Virus record (IMG/VR): IMGVR_UViG_3300032294_002055
Coordinates: 7,878-71,877 of that record
Length of the DNA: 64,000 nt
Strand: one strand, 5' to 3'
Source of the DNA: a virus
This document shows, piece after piece, positions 62,508 through 64,000 of the stretch (position 1 is its first letter; each line of letters opens with the position of its first letter). Under the pieces are notes generated by a model that saw nothing but the letters and a program-made list of their open reading frames with translations, was not told the origin of the DNA and did not search any database. A program made the translations under genes and the position numbers.

Positions 62508-64000
62508 ATGTCTGTAGAAATTACTAAAAAACGCAGAGGTCGCCCACCGGGCTCCGCCAAAAAAGATACAGCTCACGAACTAGCTGTAGAGTCTATAGTA
62601 GATAATGACGTTATTGAAAGTCCACCAGCCCCGGTACCAGGGGTTAATATTGATTATGGCTTTCACTTTCTAGACAGTGAAGAGGACTATGGTGACAAAT
62701 TTAAAGTCGCTTTAGATGGTGCTGTTTCTTCTAGAAAGAATCAAAGCGTAAGCTTCAAGAAGATGTCTGAGATCCAGGAAGGTTTCGCCTTCCCGTTCAA
62801 ACATTTCTTGCTTCAATATGCGGTGGGACAATACGGCGTACCTCCTCAAAAAATTATAGATATTATCGGTGCAGAAGGTATCGGTAAATCTACGCTTGTG
62901 ATGGATATGCTTGGTAGTGCTATGGATGTAGGGTGTCCTGCCCTTTATCTGGAGTGCGAGTCAAAGCAGATTCCACCACCTCGAGTTATGCGGGCTTTAC
63001 ATCCTAGTATTACTCGAGCTTATAAAATGCTTAACCGCTTGCGTGTAGAGCCAGTGAATTCTCTGGACCACATGTGGCAAGCAATGAAAGACTTCGTGTA
63101 TATTGCCCGAGGAACTAAGGGCACAAAGGATACGCCACGCGTTCCTATGCACGTACCAATTGTTATCGCTGTTGACCCGTGGTCAAAGTTATTAAACCCT
63201 GACGAGGCTGCAGGTTTTTATAACTACGGTGATAATATGTCTGATGCTAAGAAGAAGAAATTCAAAGAGATCAATGAGGGTTCAAATCTTGGGCATGCCA
63301 AGTGGGCTCATAAGTGGTGTCGTCTTCTTCCTGCATTTCTTAAACAGTACAATGTTGTTCTAATTATTGTACACCATCAAAATGATAAGATTGATATGGG
63401 TGGTAGCGGTCCGTCGTTCATGACGCCGGAATCTAGTGCTTTATATAATAAGACTCGTATTGGTGGTAAAGCTTTGCATCAGAACACTGCGCTGACATTG
63501 ATTTTGTCACGTAGAGGTTTGGCAAAGAATGGTTCAGGTGATGTCACCGGGAACCTTATTAGTTGTCGTGTGGGTAAGAATTCCCTTGGTCATGACAATG
63601 TTAAGTTTTTCTATGAGCTGCGCACAGGTTTCTATAATGATACTCTGACGCACATGGATCCCGCAATCAATTTTAATATTGGTTTTGCTACCATGTGTGC
63701 GGAACAGAAATGGATGAGCACATCTGTTAAAGGTTCCAAATTCTCTAGCCCGGTGCTGGGAGTTACAGAAGTATCTGCAGATGAATTCTGTGAAGCATTT
63801 AATGCTAACCAGGAAGTGAAGTTTAATCTTGGTAAGCAGCTAGGCATCAACGGTTATGTTGATGTTGTTGATAACATTAAATCTACAATCGAAAAGAATT
63901 ATCATGCCGATCATGATGACTCTGTTGAATCTGAAGTTGAGCTAGGTACCCAGATTGATGAGGCAGCACTTAAAGTTTTGCGTCAAAAGATGGAACAAGG
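62508..64000 (+). CDS. recA: RecA/UvsX-like recombinase (3' truncated by window)
   Basis: Frame from ATG 62508 contains IIDIIGAEGIGKST, LYLECE, IAVDPWS, IVHHQND and IGGKAL. Confidence 0.85.
   Translation, partial: MSVEITKKRRGRPPGSAKKDTAHELAVESIVDNDVIESPPAPVPGVNIDYGFHFLDSEEDYGDKFKVALDGAVSSRKNQSVSFKKMSEIQEGFAFPFKHFLLQYAVGQYGVPPQKIIDIIGAEGIGKSTLVMDMLGSAMDVGCPALYLECESKQIPPPRVMRALHPSITRAYKMLNRLRVEPVNSLDHMWQAMKDFVYIARGTKGTKDTPRVPMHVPIVIAVDPWSKLLNPDEAAGFYNYGDNMSDAKKKKFKEINEGSNLGHAKWAHKWCRLLPAFLKQYNVVLIIVHHQNDKIDMGGSGPSFMTPESSALYNKTRIGGKALHQNTALTLILSRRGLAKNGSGDVTGNLISCRVGKNSLGHDNVKFFYELRTGFYNDTLTHMDPAINFNIGFATMCAEQKWMSTSVKGSKFSSPVLGVTEVSADEFCEAFNANQEVKFNLGKQLGINGYVDVVDNIKSTIEKNYHADHDDSVESEVELGTQIDEAALKVLRQKMEQ

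Overview
This window is a segment of a large (probably jumbo) myovirus-type bacteriophage genome: gene-dense, AT-rich, standard genetic code, with few or no Shine-Dalgarno sites. Positions 1-30.7 kb are a virion morphogenesis module. It contains the end of the major capsid gene, neck proteins, sheath, tube, spike/hub, tail chaperones with a -1 frameshift, tape measure, baseplate, a giant Cys-rich protein followed by three CxxC proteins, an embedded sigma-70 factor and a collagen-like fibre. Positions 30.7-37.5 kb hold a primase-derived ORF, a probable head protein and the terminase large subunit. Positions 37.5-49.5 kb hold thyA with an in-frame HNH insertion, accessory genes, a non-coding RNA cluster, a kinase-like gene, SbcCD and a stand-alone RAMP/Cas7-like gene. 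Positions 49.5-64 kb are the replication module (SF2 helicase, DnaB, primase, UDG-PolA, SSB-like, RecA-like). The most striking element is absent from the ORF track: a ~0.5 kb RNA operon at 42.3-42.8 kb. It contains a tRNA-Leu-like RNA whose anticodon loop is replaced by a ~65-nt pseudoknotted domain, a fully formed twister ribozyme just 3' of it, and a third structured RNA. All protein calls come from motifs and synteny read by eye; no database searches were run.
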